From the NCBI GenBank assembly GCA_937625935.1, contig OW569373.1:62001-126000 (forward strand): DNA of 64,000 bases, read 5' to 3'. The notes beneath the pieces are model-generated. The model saw nothing but the letters and a program-made list of their open reading frames with translations, was not told the origin of the DNA and did not search any database. Made by a program: the position numbers and the translations under genes. Of the stretch, positions 52,987 to 63,606 are shown one piece after another (position 1 is the first letter of the stretch; every line of letters begins with the position of its first letter). Source of the stretch: Tetramitus jugosus (lineage: Eukaryota; Protista; Heterolobosea).

Positions 52987-55211
52987 ATGAATTTAGAGCT
53001 GGAACTCCAAAGAGAACTCCACTTAAAGACGATGCATGAGAACAAGTTGTTTCTCCAGAGGTGGCACGAACAGAATAAGAAAGCCCACCGAGCAGCAATG
53101 ACGATCAAGAAACAGCGAGAGGCCAGAGACGCAAAAGTTGAGGAGAAGCTAAGAGGAGATCGTGAAAGAAGACAGAAGGTAAGTTCAAATTTTTGTTTCA
53201 AACGTTTCCTCCTATGTTTCTTACTGAACTTTATTGTTGAAACATTTTGTTACAGCAAGCGACCATGAAGGCTCGAGAACGGATGATATCTGATATAGAA
53301 CAGTTCGAAGTGTCTCTGAAAGAAAAATCAGGGAGCGAGACTAGAATGGAGACAACACTTTTGTCAATGACAAGGACTATATTCCCCGATTTACAAGGAA
53401 TCACAATGAAACCACAAGAGCTTAGGAAAACAATGAAGATGAAAAGAAGGGAAGATGTCACATCGAGAAAGGATCGGCAGCAACGAAGGAGACGGGTTCT
53501 ACTGGAACAACAACGAGTTTTCCAGGACATTGAGGAGGCAAGGCGACATGATATAACTCTTCATAAAATTCTACGTCAATCGAATCAAGACAGACGACTT
53601 GACCGAGTTCTGTCAGACACAAGGAAGATCAAAGATGTCATTATTGAACATCGTCGAATAAGAGAAGAGGAGATAGAACACCAGAAATATCTTGACAAGC
53701 TAGAGTTAGAGAGACTAGAAATGGAGAGAATGAAATATGAAATAGAAATAGAACAACAATATCAAGATATATTAGTGATCGAGTACGATAAGCGCGAGAG
53801 GGAAAGAAAGAGGTTGAAAGCAGAAAGGCACCTCGCGTTCTGTAACTTAGTAACTAACGATATTGTAGAGATATCATTAAAACATATCGACTATATCGAG
53901 GTAACTGAAGGGATTCATCCTTCCTATCCTGTATGTTTACAGTGGAATCGATTATTTGTTGTATCTGACAGTATGAGTACGAGCGAAGAAGAACTTCAAA
54001 ATCTTCAAGACAAGTTTGAAGTTGACAATTACTTACAGTATAAGGGTCGATGGTCTAGTGATCACATAGAGCAGATCAAAGAAAATCATGTGTTGACCTC
54101 TACATTAACAAAGATAGAATCTGTTGTCAGTCCAGCTCCAGTGTCTCCCTCTCCAGAGAAAGAATCAGCAGAAGATCCAACGAGTTCATCAGATGTTATT
54201 CTACCACAACCCTTAGATTCAGATATGGCTGCCTTATTCTATACTGAATGGAGTTCTATCGAAACAATATTTAGGGAATCTCTTCATGGAGTAGTTACAG
54301 TTTTCAGAGAGTTGCATGATGGGTTTTTGCGAAGGTACTATCATGTTAAAGAGAAGTTTGTAGTATTCCTACAGGAGCCACATGATGGTCCAAAACATGT
54401 CGAAGAGTTTAGGGTTTCGTTCAATGAAATAGCAGATGATTTACGAAATTCGATAGAGGTGAAGAGAGAACTTCATAGAAGAGTTGAGATACTTAAGGTT
54501 CAACTATACTCGATAGTCAACACAAGAAAGGAAGAGGCAGACAAAGAGTTAAATTCGCTGCTTCAGCAAGAGTGGATAGAGTATCACAGGAAACTACTAT
54601 CCAGACTGTTTGCTCATCTCTTTCAACTTGAAGCTGATCGATATGCTCAACATTGTAGATTTCTTGCAGATTTCTTCTACGACACGAATAATCGACCTTT
54701 GCTCACAATGACCAACGAAGAACTGTTCACAGATGTGGTCAATCCTGTGACCGACCCCAAACAGAAGAAGAGGAAAGTACAGTCTAGAAAATCGAATCGT
54801 ACACCAACAGAGGAGATTGAGCCCACTGAGATTAATATAGAGAGCACATTTGAGAGAGCCACAACTTACGCCGATCAACTTAAAACCTTGTTACAACAAG
54901 GTTCGGATCCTAAAAAGAAGGATAGCAAAAAGAAACCAAAAAAGGGGGAAGAAGATTCACTCTTAATCGAGGAGTTGTCTCAAGCACTCTCCATGGAGTG
55001 TGTTTTGTATTCAGATCGTGTCATGAGTTTGTATTCTGCTTATCAGCGAGTTCTTCCTGACGAAGTTGATGAGAAAATCGACTATCTCCGGAGGAAAATA
55101 GAAGAATGGATTATAGCAAGACATCAACAAGAAGTGATCGAGGTGGATGAGCTGATATCTATCATACGTTTTACTATTGAAAGTGAAAAATCTATGCCAG
55201 ATGCTTTCTAG
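52987..55211 (+). CDS. SPEF2/CPC1-like (flagellar central-pair) protein, shortened; exons 52987-53178 and 53256-55211
   Basis: RQSNQDRRL..., RHLAFC.....DIVEISLK..DY......QWNRLF, Y..YKGRW, then EWSSIE...FLQEP...FNEIADDLR...K.ELH.RV..L...L...RKEEA. These match SPEF2 segments as I recall them. Intron GTAAGT...TACAG. The start is uncertain (alternative ATG 52857 is in another frame). Confidence 0.7.
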
Positions 55212-55252
55212 GTGAAAAGTAAATGGTAAAGAGTTTAATATGGTACATATGC

Positions 55253-57331
55253 TTAATGCTCTTCTTTGACTACTGGAGGTTCCACTTCTGCTGTCGAGGT
55301 CAATTCAGATTGCTTTGGTTCCTTTTTGATCTCTTCTTGCTTAGGTTTTGCAGCATCTTCCTTCGCGATGGTTCTCTTTCCCAAATGGGCTACGAGATCA
55401 AATTTGAGAAACACTAGAATAGCAGTGGTCAAGCCAATGAGTCCAATGGTAAAAGAAATTGCAAGTCTAAAACTCTTGGTTTCTCTTGTTGCTTTCGCGT
55501 CATAGATGTACTGTTGTTCAAAGATTCGATCACAAATGAACTGCATCAGATCTTGAGGCACAAAAGAAAGGAATTGATCATTCATTCGATCAATCGCAGC
55601 ACTGTGAGCTCGATAAATCAGATCCAACAACTTGGACTCACGTTCAATAATGCATGCTTCTCCATCAGTTGCACTGCACAGACCAAGATATTGAATGCGT
55701 TCTTCAGATGTTCCAGAAATGCCTGCGTCACTTAAGAAGTTCTTCATTGCAGCTGTGGAAGTGATGTCAGAGTATGGCCCAGTCAACAGGAAGAACGTTG
55801 GGATTCCTTCTTGTCTGTACTCTGCGAGCCTCTTATTATGTGCATCACCATTCTTGATCTCTGACTGCTTGGCAAAGTACACTGCTGCTTGAGTTTCATA
55901 CTTCAAGTGATGCATGTACTCGTTCAGTGAGACCACACAGCGAGAAAGCACAGCAAAGTATTTGATATCAAAGTCTTTGTCTTCGTCATACGAGACTCTG
56001 GGATCCAGTTTCTTCATGTGGCTGTATGGCATAGTACGTTGCAAATATTCAAAGAAATCCATTGCAACACCACAACTCTCAGCGATTTTTGTTTTGAGTT
56101 TGGCCTTCTTGTTCACATAGTCTGCACATTGCTCTGGTATTGGACTATCCATATGCAAGGGCAGCAAATTCTTTACGGAGAGACATCCCGAGACAAATGC
56201 CTTCCATTTCTTGCTTTCTTCTTCACTTGGTGAGTAACCGTATCTATCAGAGAGAATGGTTGCAAATTGAGGCGAGGACAAGTACTCTTGAACGTGTCTG
56301 GTGTTGTGCTCTGGATTGGATCCAAAAGGAGTGGCCAAATTAAGTGAACGATCCCATTTGGTTGCACTGTACACATAACTCCATGTCTGAGTTTTGGCCG
56401 ACTCTGCAAAACCATCATTTGTAATCCTTGTCGGGAAATCATTCTTGTAAATCTCAGGTGCATAAGTTGAAGTGAGGCCAATGTCTGACAGGAGAGCAGA
56501 CGGGATGGTGAGTGGAACACTGGTCAAAATAACTTTTCCTTGATTGACTGACGGATACACTTGCATAGCTTTCACTTCGAGATGGATCACTCGAGGGAAT
56601 TGTGCAAAGCTCATTTGATTTCTCATCAGAGTAAACGAAACTATTTGAGAGGACAGAGGTGGAATGTGAACTCTGGGTTGATGCTCTTTTGTCTCATATC
56701 CGATCGTAATTCCCTTGACGGTCACCTCTGAATCCACGTTTCTCACTTCCACTTCAAAGGTAATACCAATATTGTTCAAAGATTGACGTCGAAACGGTTT
56801 GGCTAACTCATCATTTATCCTGATGTTATTCATTCGTTTAACACTCTGAATTTTCACTCTAGTCACAGCTAGAATCGAATTGGCATCAGAGCTCGTTGTC
56901 GCATAAATTGACTCGTTGACCGTTTGGTCGGGCAATTTGGTCAACTTGAAATTTCGGGCATCAATGGCACTCTGAGTCAATGGACCCATGAAATGATGAT
57001 GCTGATTCTTGTGGTTCAATCCCTTGCTTGTAACAATGGATTGGAACGTGTGTTCAAACTGGTCAATGAGTGGCGAAATGATACGATACTCTTTGTCCAT
57101 GAAGCTTGCATAGGGATTGTCCACTGATGCGACAATCAACAGAAAAATACACAGGAAAAAGAGAGCCAGACCAGAGCTAATGAGCCATTTTTTGAGATTC
57201 GAGGCAGGACGATCTGATGATGATTCCTGATTGTTGTTAGCTCTGGTCGTTGTTGGTTGTTGTGGTTGAGTGGATGATCGATGGTTGGTTGCCTTGGCTG
57301 TGAGGTCCCTAAACCTCTCTGGAGCTTGCAT
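55253..57331 (-). CDS. Membrane protein of unknown function (N- and C-terminal TM helices, large luminal domain)
   Basis: 692-aa ORF with TM segments LISSGLALFFLCIFLLIVASV and LAISFTIGLIGLTTAILVFL. Confidence 0.75.
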   Translation of the reverse strand: MQAPERFRDLTAKATNHRSSTQPQQPTTTRANNNQESSSDRPASNLKKWLISSGLALFFLCIFLLIVASVDNPYASFMDKEYRIISPLIDQFEHTFQSIVTSKGLNHKNQHHHFMGPLTQSAIDARNFKLTKLPDQTVNESIYATTSSDANSILAVTRVKIQSVKRMNNIRINDELAKPFRRQSLNNIGITFEVEVRNVDSEVTVKGITIGYETKEHQPRVHIPPLSSQIVSFTLMRNQMSFAQFPRVIHLEVKAMQVYPSVNQGKVILTSVPLTIPSALLSDIGLTSTYAPEIYKNDFPTRITNDGFAESAKTQTWSYVYSATKWDRSLNLATPFGSNPEHNTRHVQEYLSSPQFATILSDRYGYSPSEEESKKWKAFVSGCLSVKNLLPLHMDSPIPEQCADYVNKKAKLKTKIAESCGVAMDFFEYLQRTMPYSHMKKLDPRVSYDEDKDFDIKYFAVLSRCVVSLNEYMHHLKYETQAAVYFAKQSEIKNGDAHNKRLAEYRQEGIPTFFLLTGPYSDITSTAAMKNFLSDAGISGTSEERIQYLGLCSATDGEACIIERESKLLDLIYRAHSAAIDRMNDQFLSFVPQDLMQFICDRIFEQQYIYDAKATRETKSFRLAISFTIGLIGLTTAILVFLKFDLVAHLGKRTIAKEDAAKPKQEEIKKEPKQSELTSTAEVEPPVVKEEH

Positions 57332-57726
57332 CTTGTTCTGATCTGATAGTTTTTGATATTCGCTTCGAAGGAAAACATCAGTTTGATCCTGTTGTGCCCG
57401 AGTGCGCTCCAGCAGAAAAACATCATCGGGACACGCGTCCTTTTTTTTAAGATGAGCCAGTGTCGGTTGACTGTAGTTAGAGGATTACAGCTTGCTGGCA
57501 AGAGTTTTCCACGGCCTCGAGAGATTAGAAGGTTATCGTAAAGCGAGTATTTTGGTGCGGTTGGTACTTAGGGAATTCCGATATCAAAAATTGTCACCCT
57601 GTATGACTCCTATACCAAACGAAAGGGAATCTCTTCCCTCATAAGAACGACACGAGCTGAAATATTTCTCTCAGAAGGATTCGAATCGAAACAACCAAAT
57701 CACACCATACTCTAGTGGAGCACGAC

Positions 57727-58356
57727 ATGAAGATTAACAAACTAAGTCTCTGTAGCAACTTGGCATTCCTGATTCTCTATGGTCTAATCCTGGGGACACT
57801 CTCCGTGGTTATTGCAGCACTAGGATACTTTGTATTCATACAGACAGAAGTACTTAGAGTGAATACTCAAGCTAGTTCCTTGTCCAACACCTCCACTTGC
57901 CGAGCTTTGTCCATCCAGAGGTTGCTACTCGTTGATGCCATTTTCAACACTATTGGAGTTTTAGTCTCCTTCTCAGCCATCTTATTACACGTCATACGAA
58001 TCATACGGAAAAGAAAACATGTGCAAGAAACTGTTGATGTTCCAAGTGGTTCCGTCTCCATCATTCTTCGATTCATCTTGTATGGGTTGATCAGTGGACT
58101 TCTTGTGACAGTGTCAGTTCTATGGTGGCGAAAAAGAAGCACATGTAAGCAAGACTTTTCCAACTTCCATAGACCGGTGTACAAGGCAATTGAAGCTTAC
58201 CTGGTGCTGAGTTATGTTGCGATGGGAACCTACTTGATTCTCACGTTTGTTTTGTTGTGTGCTCTGGGAGCAACCTCTGCATTCTACCAACAACCATCCA
58301 TTAATCGATACAACAAACCTGCACCTGCCACTGTAGAAATGAAATCGAAACCCTAA
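57727..58356 (+). CDS. Four-TM membrane protein
   Basis: Four hydrophobic segments with single Cys residues in the loops. First ATG at 57727. Confidence 0.7.
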   Translation: MKINKLSLCSNLAFLILYGLILGTLSVVIAALGYFVFIQTEVLRVNTQASSLSNTSTCRALSIQRLLLVDAIFNTIGVLVSFSAILLHVIRIIRKRKHVQETVDVPSGSVSIILRFILYGLISGLLVTVSVLWWRKRSTCKQDFSNFHRPVYKAIEAYLVLSYVAMGTYLILTFVLLCALGATSAFYQQPSINRYNKPAPATVEMKSKP

Positions 58357-58480
58357 CTCATCCGTCTATAATTACAAATCGGAGAAAATCGATTACAAGT
58401 ACTTCAGATCTTTGGTTAGAGTGAGTTGAAGATCAAAATCTAGTCAACTGATTTCACCACACGATTCCAGAAACAAGATC

Positions 58481-58693
58481 ATGAACGAGTACAATAACCA
58501 TAATGAAGGCAACAAACTTGGGTACTTCCTTCAGAGAAGCATGAACAAGAGAGCATGTAACTCTGATGACTTTGATTGTGTGTGCCAAGATTTGGAGAAG
58601 TATCGATTGGAAGAAGAACAACACAAAGATCGTGGCGACGAGCAACATCTTTCCTTTTCTCAAACCGACAAGGAAGATAAGGAAAAATCCTAA
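58481..58693 (+). CDS. Small hypothetical protein (70 aa)
   Basis: ATG ORF with coding-like composition and a CxxxxxxCxC motif, followed by an AT-rich 3' region. Confidence 0.35.
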   Translation: MNEYNNHNEGNKLGYFLQRSMNKRACNSDDFDCVCQDLEKYRLEEEQHKDRGDEQHLSFSQTDKEDKEKS

Positions 58694-58783
58694 CCAATTA
58701 TAAACAGTATCTCTCTTAAGGAGTTCATGTCATTGTTCAATTGTTCACTCTTTATATTTTACATCAATAATTGTTTCACTGTG

Positions 58784-60079
58784 TTAGTTTGTAATTGGTT
58801 CCGTTGGTGGTCTTATCACTCTTGTGAAGAAACATTTAGACATTCTCATGTCCTTCTCAGGTATTAACAAGTTAGTACCATGACACATGATACGTCTCAC
58901 ATTCTCGGCATATATATCCGGATTCTCCTTCTCAAACTTTGTTGGATGATACGGTGGAAAATGCACAATGGTGCAATAATTGACAAATTGAGACAGTAAC
59001 CGTAGGAAGAAATGAATGGAATTGATGCTATCCCACGCAACATTAAAGTGCTTAAACGGATGATGAATAATGACAGGCTGTACAGGTGATCCATTCGCAA
59101 ATGCTCCACGATGCATATTGATTAAGTACTTTCCATTCGTGGTTGTGCCTTCGGGATAAATAATCAGCCGGGACTTTGAAGAATCATTGTTATAGATTTC
59201 TTCTCTCTCCCTCATCATATCCAACAAGCGACTCTTGGTTCTATGATCATACAATAAACAATTCATTTGTTCGATAATGATGGAGATGATTGGAATTTTG
59301 CTCAGTGTGCCTTTCCCAAGCATTGACAGTGGTCCAAACTCCTGCAAATGAATGAAAACATCCAACATGGACAAATGATTCGAAACGATTGTGTAACACG
59401 GCCTCAATTCATCACTGGGAGACGATATGACCACACTCTTCAACTCACCATCGTCATTTTCATCACCAACAACGTCAACATTATTCGATTTGGCAGTCTC
59501 TGTGCTCTCATTCGGATCCGAAATGCAATACTTTGCTCTCAGTTCACTCAACTGTTTCGAACTGACATACAATCGATGAATCTTGTAGAAACCACCAAGA
59601 AACAAACCGAATCGACTCAAGCTCGACAACCAAGAATAGAGCCACTTTTTACACGAATGCGCTTCAAAATCATCAATCGTCTTCTTCCTCTTCAAACAAC
59701 CATCTGAACAGAAACAGGCACAATACATCCAATCATTAAAAACCAACAATTTCGTGTACAAAACCCAACAACCAATGGTCACTAGAGCTAACAATCCACG
59801 AATCGGTATCAGAATGGGAATACCCACAAACACAATCTTCAGAATCTCATAAAGTGACCACGAGTCTATCCTCAGGAATGCATCTTGAAAATTCTTTGTG
59901 CTCTTATCAATGGCAAACCGTTCAGGCAACAAGGAAGAGAATTTGTCCTTTTTGTTTACACTCTGTTCAGACCTAGATTCAGGGTCTTGTTGTGCTTGTG
60001 CTTGTGGTTGTTCAGCCTGCACATGTTGATAGTTAGTCACATCGTCTTCAATGACAGATTCTTCAGCATAGGCAGACAT
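58784..60079 (-). CDS. Lysophospholipid acyltransferase (LPCAT/LPEAT-like)
   Basis: Catalytic HX4D in NHLSMLD, YPEGTTTNG, GAF..G.PVQPVII, P..YAENVR, and an N-terminal TM segment. Confidence 0.92.
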   Translation of the reverse strand: MSAYAEESVIEDDVTNYQHVQAEQPQAQAQQDPESRSEQSVNKKDKFSSLLPERFAIDKSTKNFQDAFLRIDSWSLYEILKIVFVGIPILIPIRGLLALVTIGCWVLYTKLLVFNDWMYCACFCSDGCLKRKKTIDDFEAHSCKKWLYSWLSSLSRFGLFLGGFYKIHRLYVSSKQLSELRAKYCISDPNESTETAKSNNVDVVGDENDDGELKSVVISSPSDELRPCYTIVSNHLSMLDVFIHLQEFGPLSMLGKGTLSKIPIISIIIEQMNCLLYDHRTKSRLLDMMREREEIYNNDSSKSRLIIYPEGTTTNGKYLINMHRGAFANGSPVQPVIIHHPFKHFNVAWDSINSIHFFLRLLSQFVNYCTIVHFPPYHPTKFEKENPDIYAENVRRIMCHGTNLLIPEKDMRMSKCFFTRVIRPPTEPITN

Positions 60080-60427
60080 TGTTTCTTCTTTTATGGGAAC
60101 GTTTACTTGCTTGGTTTTTGTTTGGGAGAGAAAAAGTTCAGATGAGAGTGAGATGTGCTGGCCTGTTGCTTGGATCCGCGGACGAGTGTTTTGTTTCGAG
60201 GATTAGCTTCGAATCGTGCTGAATGGATGTTCGTTCGGTTCCTCCGAGTTTTCTCCTATTCGCCGCCCGATGTATTACTCCGTTGAACATGATTCAACCG
60301 AACATGAAAACTTCAATGAAGGTGAACGTTCAAGCTCCAGATTGCTTTTTATTGATCTCCTCGATCGAGTCGCATGTTTTTGGTTTGGAACAAGCATTGC
60401 ACAACAACGACCAGAGTGACACCAAGA

Positions 60428-62167
60428 ATGACGACGATTCATCAAGATTTTCCCAATATTACTCATGTTTCCCAAGTCCTTGAAGCAATCAAAGACTCAC
60501 CTAATCTCTTCTCTGTACAGCACGACACGAAGCATGGTCTCATCTTCATCAAGTACAAGAGTATTCTTTCCATGGACGAAGCTTTCCCGCCACTTCTCCT
60601 TCCAACGGTCCAAAATTCAGAACAAGAGCTCGAAAAATTAAAAATAGAAAATACCCGAAGACAACTACGGAGAGAATGCCGCGGTCTCGTGTTTCACCAG
60701 CTCACTGGTCAATTGCTCGTTCGTCGCTTCCACAAGTTTTTCAACTTGAATGAGAGAGCAGAGTGTGATGTAGAGAGGATTGATTTCAGTGGAAAACGGC
60801 CTTTTATTTGCTTGGACAAGATGGATGGAAGCTTGATCAGTCCTGTTCGAATGCTGTCCAACTCGAGTGCTGCTGCTACGGCATCTTCTTCTTCATCGGC
60901 CATCACGGCAAAGACTGCTTCCAAGACCAATATTCGATTCTGTACCATGCTAGGCTTTGGTCAACAAGCACAAATGGCTGATGACCTCGTAAGGTATTTG
61001 AAGGTCAAGTGTCAGCAGCAGAAAACAAGTAGTCCAAAGCCGTTCCAATATGAAGAGTTTTGTCATTACTGCATGGACAATGGAATGACACCGAGCTTTG
61101 AATTCATCTCTGCTGAGAACAGAATTGTAATCAAGTATCAAAAGAGTGAATTGATATTGTTGTGTGTTCGATATAACGAGTCTGGAGAATATGTTCCATA
61201 TGACAAGTTGAAAGAATGGGCCAATCAGTACCAGGTCCCATTGGTAAAGAAATGGAACGATGAAGATGTTCCAAAGGGTGATGGAAGAGCATTAGTCGAT
61301 TACGTGAGGAGAATGAATGGCATCGAAGGATGTGTCATTGCTTTTACAGACAATTATGAAATGTACAAATGTAAGACTCTGAGTTATGCAATTGCGCACC
61401 AGATTCATCCACAGAGGATCAAGGAACGTCAGATATGGAAAGCGGTGTTGAGCAATGTAGTTGATGATTTGATTGCACTCGTGGACTTTGATGATAGGAT
61501 AAGAGATGCATTGCAAAAGTTTAGAAGCGAATTTGAATCGTGTCTTCAACGCAAATTGGAATCTCTTGTGAAGATAATGGAATGGTTCTTGTCAGACAAT
61601 GGACAGAATCTCATGAACGAAAGTATTGACAAGTTGTGTAATAAGATTGAGAATGAATACGATAGAGGTGTTATACAGCGAGTGCTCCACAATAATGGAG
61701 CAAGTACAATCTTGGATAGTCTACAGAGCAACGGCAACAGTGATGTTGATGATAAGAAAGAATTGAGTGATTACATTCTCGAGGAATTGCAACAATATTT
61801 GACATCCAAGTACATCGACGGTGCAATGAGAGTGTTTGAACAGCATCGCGAGCAACTGTACAAATGGTTAGATTTTGATTTTGACTCGATACATCCGTTT
61901 GACTTTGAGCAAAGTACGGGCACATTGCGAATCCACAAGCATGCACTCAAATCTCTGAGTGATGAGGCATACAAGAAGTATGTGGATCTTCACTTCTCAA
62001 TGATGAGTCCAAAGTCAAAACCAAAGAAAGACAAGAAGAAGAAACAAGACACAGACATCCTGGACGAGTTCTCGGGTCCTGCATCCATTAAATCAGTGGT
62101 CGGACGAGGCAAAGTACAGTCGTTCACAAAAGCAAAGTCCCAAAAGAAAAAGGGAAAGAAAAAGTAA
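60428..62167 (+). CDS. T4 Rnl1-type ATP-dependent RNA ligase
   Basis: RECRGLVF, RRFHKFFNLNE, motif I DKMDGSL, motif III FEFIS, motif IV EGCVI, motif V YKCKT, Lys-rich tail. ATG 60428 (the ORF track starts at 60374). Confidence 0.88.
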   Translation: MTTIHQDFPNITHVSQVLEAIKDSPNLFSVQHDTKHGLIFIKYKSILSMDEAFPPLLLPTVQNSEQELEKLKIENTRRQLRRECRGLVFHQLTGQLLVRRFHKFFNLNERAECDVERIDFSGKRPFICLDKMDGSLISPVRMLSNSSAAATASSSSSAITAKTASKTNIRFCTMLGFGQQAQMADDLVRYLKVKCQQQKTSSPKPFQYEEFCHYCMDNGMTPSFEFISAENRIVIKYQKSELILLCVRYNESGEYVPYDKLKEWANQYQVPLVKKWNDEDVPKGDGRALVDYVRRMNGIEGCVIAFTDNYEMYKCKTLSYAIAHQIHPQRIKERQIWKAVLSNVVDDLIALVDFDDRIRDALQKFRSEFESCLQRKLESLVKIMEWFLSDNGQNLMNESIDKLCNKIENEYDRGVIQRVLHNNGASTILDSLQSNGNSDVDDKKELSDYILEELQQYLTSKYIDGAMRVFEQHREQLYKWLDFDFDSIHPFDFEQSTGTLRIHKHALKSLSDEAYKKYVDLHFSMMSPKSKPKKDKKKKQDTDILDEFSGPASIKSVVGRGKVQSFTKAKSQKKKGKKK

Positions 62168-62209
62168 GAAATTAATAAATTAATGTATTAATTAGTGCAG
62201 CATATGACC

Positions 62210-63433
62210 TCACTTTGGTATCAGGCATGCTCCCATCAGTTGACAAAGCTCCGAAGTGTTCATCTTTGCACCAACAAATTTCTTTTCCACTTGCTCGGCA
62301 CTCAATGCGCCACCCTTCAAAAAGTCCTGAATATATCCAGTAAGTGCCTTTTCTGTGACAGAGAACTGTGATGCCAACTTCTTCTTCTCTGCACTGCTTA
62401 ACTTGAAGTTAACCTTGTCATCAGATGGTTCATAATACTCATAAAAGAATTGAGCACACACCATGGTATGCTTGCACTTTTTCATCTTTGAAGGAGCAAT
62501 CACAAATCGATACGGTTTCATAATATACAATTTTCGATCCTCCAGTTTCTCCTTCTTCTTGAGTGTGAGACCCACTCGTGGAGAAGCATACATTTGACCC
62601 CATTCGTCCTTTTCAGGGAACAATTGACTCAACACTTGCTTATTCTCAATCTGTGATCTCAGTTTGAGGCACAGAACATTGGAATTGGAATCAATCTTCA
62701 AATCATTGGACATATGATTCTGAACGAGTTCATGAATCGAACCCACATTTCCATTCTGCTTTAAAATGTAGTCTACAACGTTGCACGGACCTTCAATGAA
62801 CTCCAATGGCAGTACCTTGTTCTTTTTCTTTGTTTTCTTATCATCTTCGTCATCACTGTCAGCTTCAGCCGCATGATGATAACACAACAGAGCTCGAATC
62901 AACACTCCACCATATATGTCTCTCTTTACCACTTTGACCTTTTTCTTTTCATCACCGCTACTAGTACTGCTACTTTCTTTTTCTTTTTCCTGTTGTTCTT
63001 CCTCCTCATCCTTTGAATAACCAAATGTCACATCCAATCCCTTATAGCTACCAGCCTTGTAATTGGCAGTGGCACTGCTACTTGCTCTATGAAAGTACCA
63101 CTGAGCCATGAACAATTGCAACGGATGACAGTGCGAGAACGGATCATCGTGATGTTCTTCCTTGCTACTACTGTTGCTGCTACTCACAACATTGGTATAG
63201 TAGAATTCAATTTCAGCCAATCGACAATAGATTTGGTTGTTTATGACCAGAACAGCTTGTTGACTCAGTAAGTGAGCCAATTGTTGAATGAGAGTAGTGG
63301 GAGCTTTCTCATGTGTCGTAATCAAGTTAAGTATGGCATCTTGAACAGAAGAAGCAGATGGTGTTTCCTTCAATTTTTTGGCAGCTGTGGAAGTCGAAGC
63401 TTCTGCAGCTTCTCTACCTCTCTTTTGACTCAT
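62210..63433 (-). CDS. Divergent AAG/MPG-fold (3-methyladenine DNA glycosylase-like) protein
   Basis: RLAEIEFY (cf. AAG RIVETEAY), DPFSH, GGVLIRAL, EGPCNV, PRVGL and KPYRF occur in the AAG motif order. Confidence 0.7.
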   Translation of the reverse strand: MSQKRGREAAEASTSTAAKKLKETPSASSVQDAILNLITTHEKAPTTLIQQLAHLLSQQAVLVINNQIYCRLAEIEFYYTNVVSSSNSSSKEEHHDDPFSHCHPLQLFMAQWYFHRASSSATANYKAGSYKGLDVTFGYSKDEEEEQQEKEKESSSTSSGDEKKKVKVVKRDIYGGVLIRALLCYHHAAEADSDDEDDKKTKKKNKVLPLEFIEGPCNVVDYILKQNGNVGSIHELVQNHMSNDLKIDSNSNVLCLKLRSQIENKQVLSQLFPEKDEWGQMYASPRVGLTLKKKEKLEDRKLYIMKPYRFVIAPSKMKKCKHTMVCAQFFYEYYEPSDDKVNFKLSSAEKKKLASQFSVTEKALTGYIQDFLKGGALSAEQVEKKFVGAKMNTSELCQLMGACLIPK

Positions 63434-63606
63434 GGCTGTGGTATTGGGGTATATTCGTGTTGTTTTGTTGCTTTTCCCAAAGTTCAGGGCGTTGTGGAGT
63501 CAGAAAATTCTGGAAGCATCGGTGAAATTTTTTTGGAGGGAAAGAAAAATCTCCTGAATAATTTAAGGACAGTCGCTTCGAATTGAATTGTTTATGAATC
63601 AGCCAT

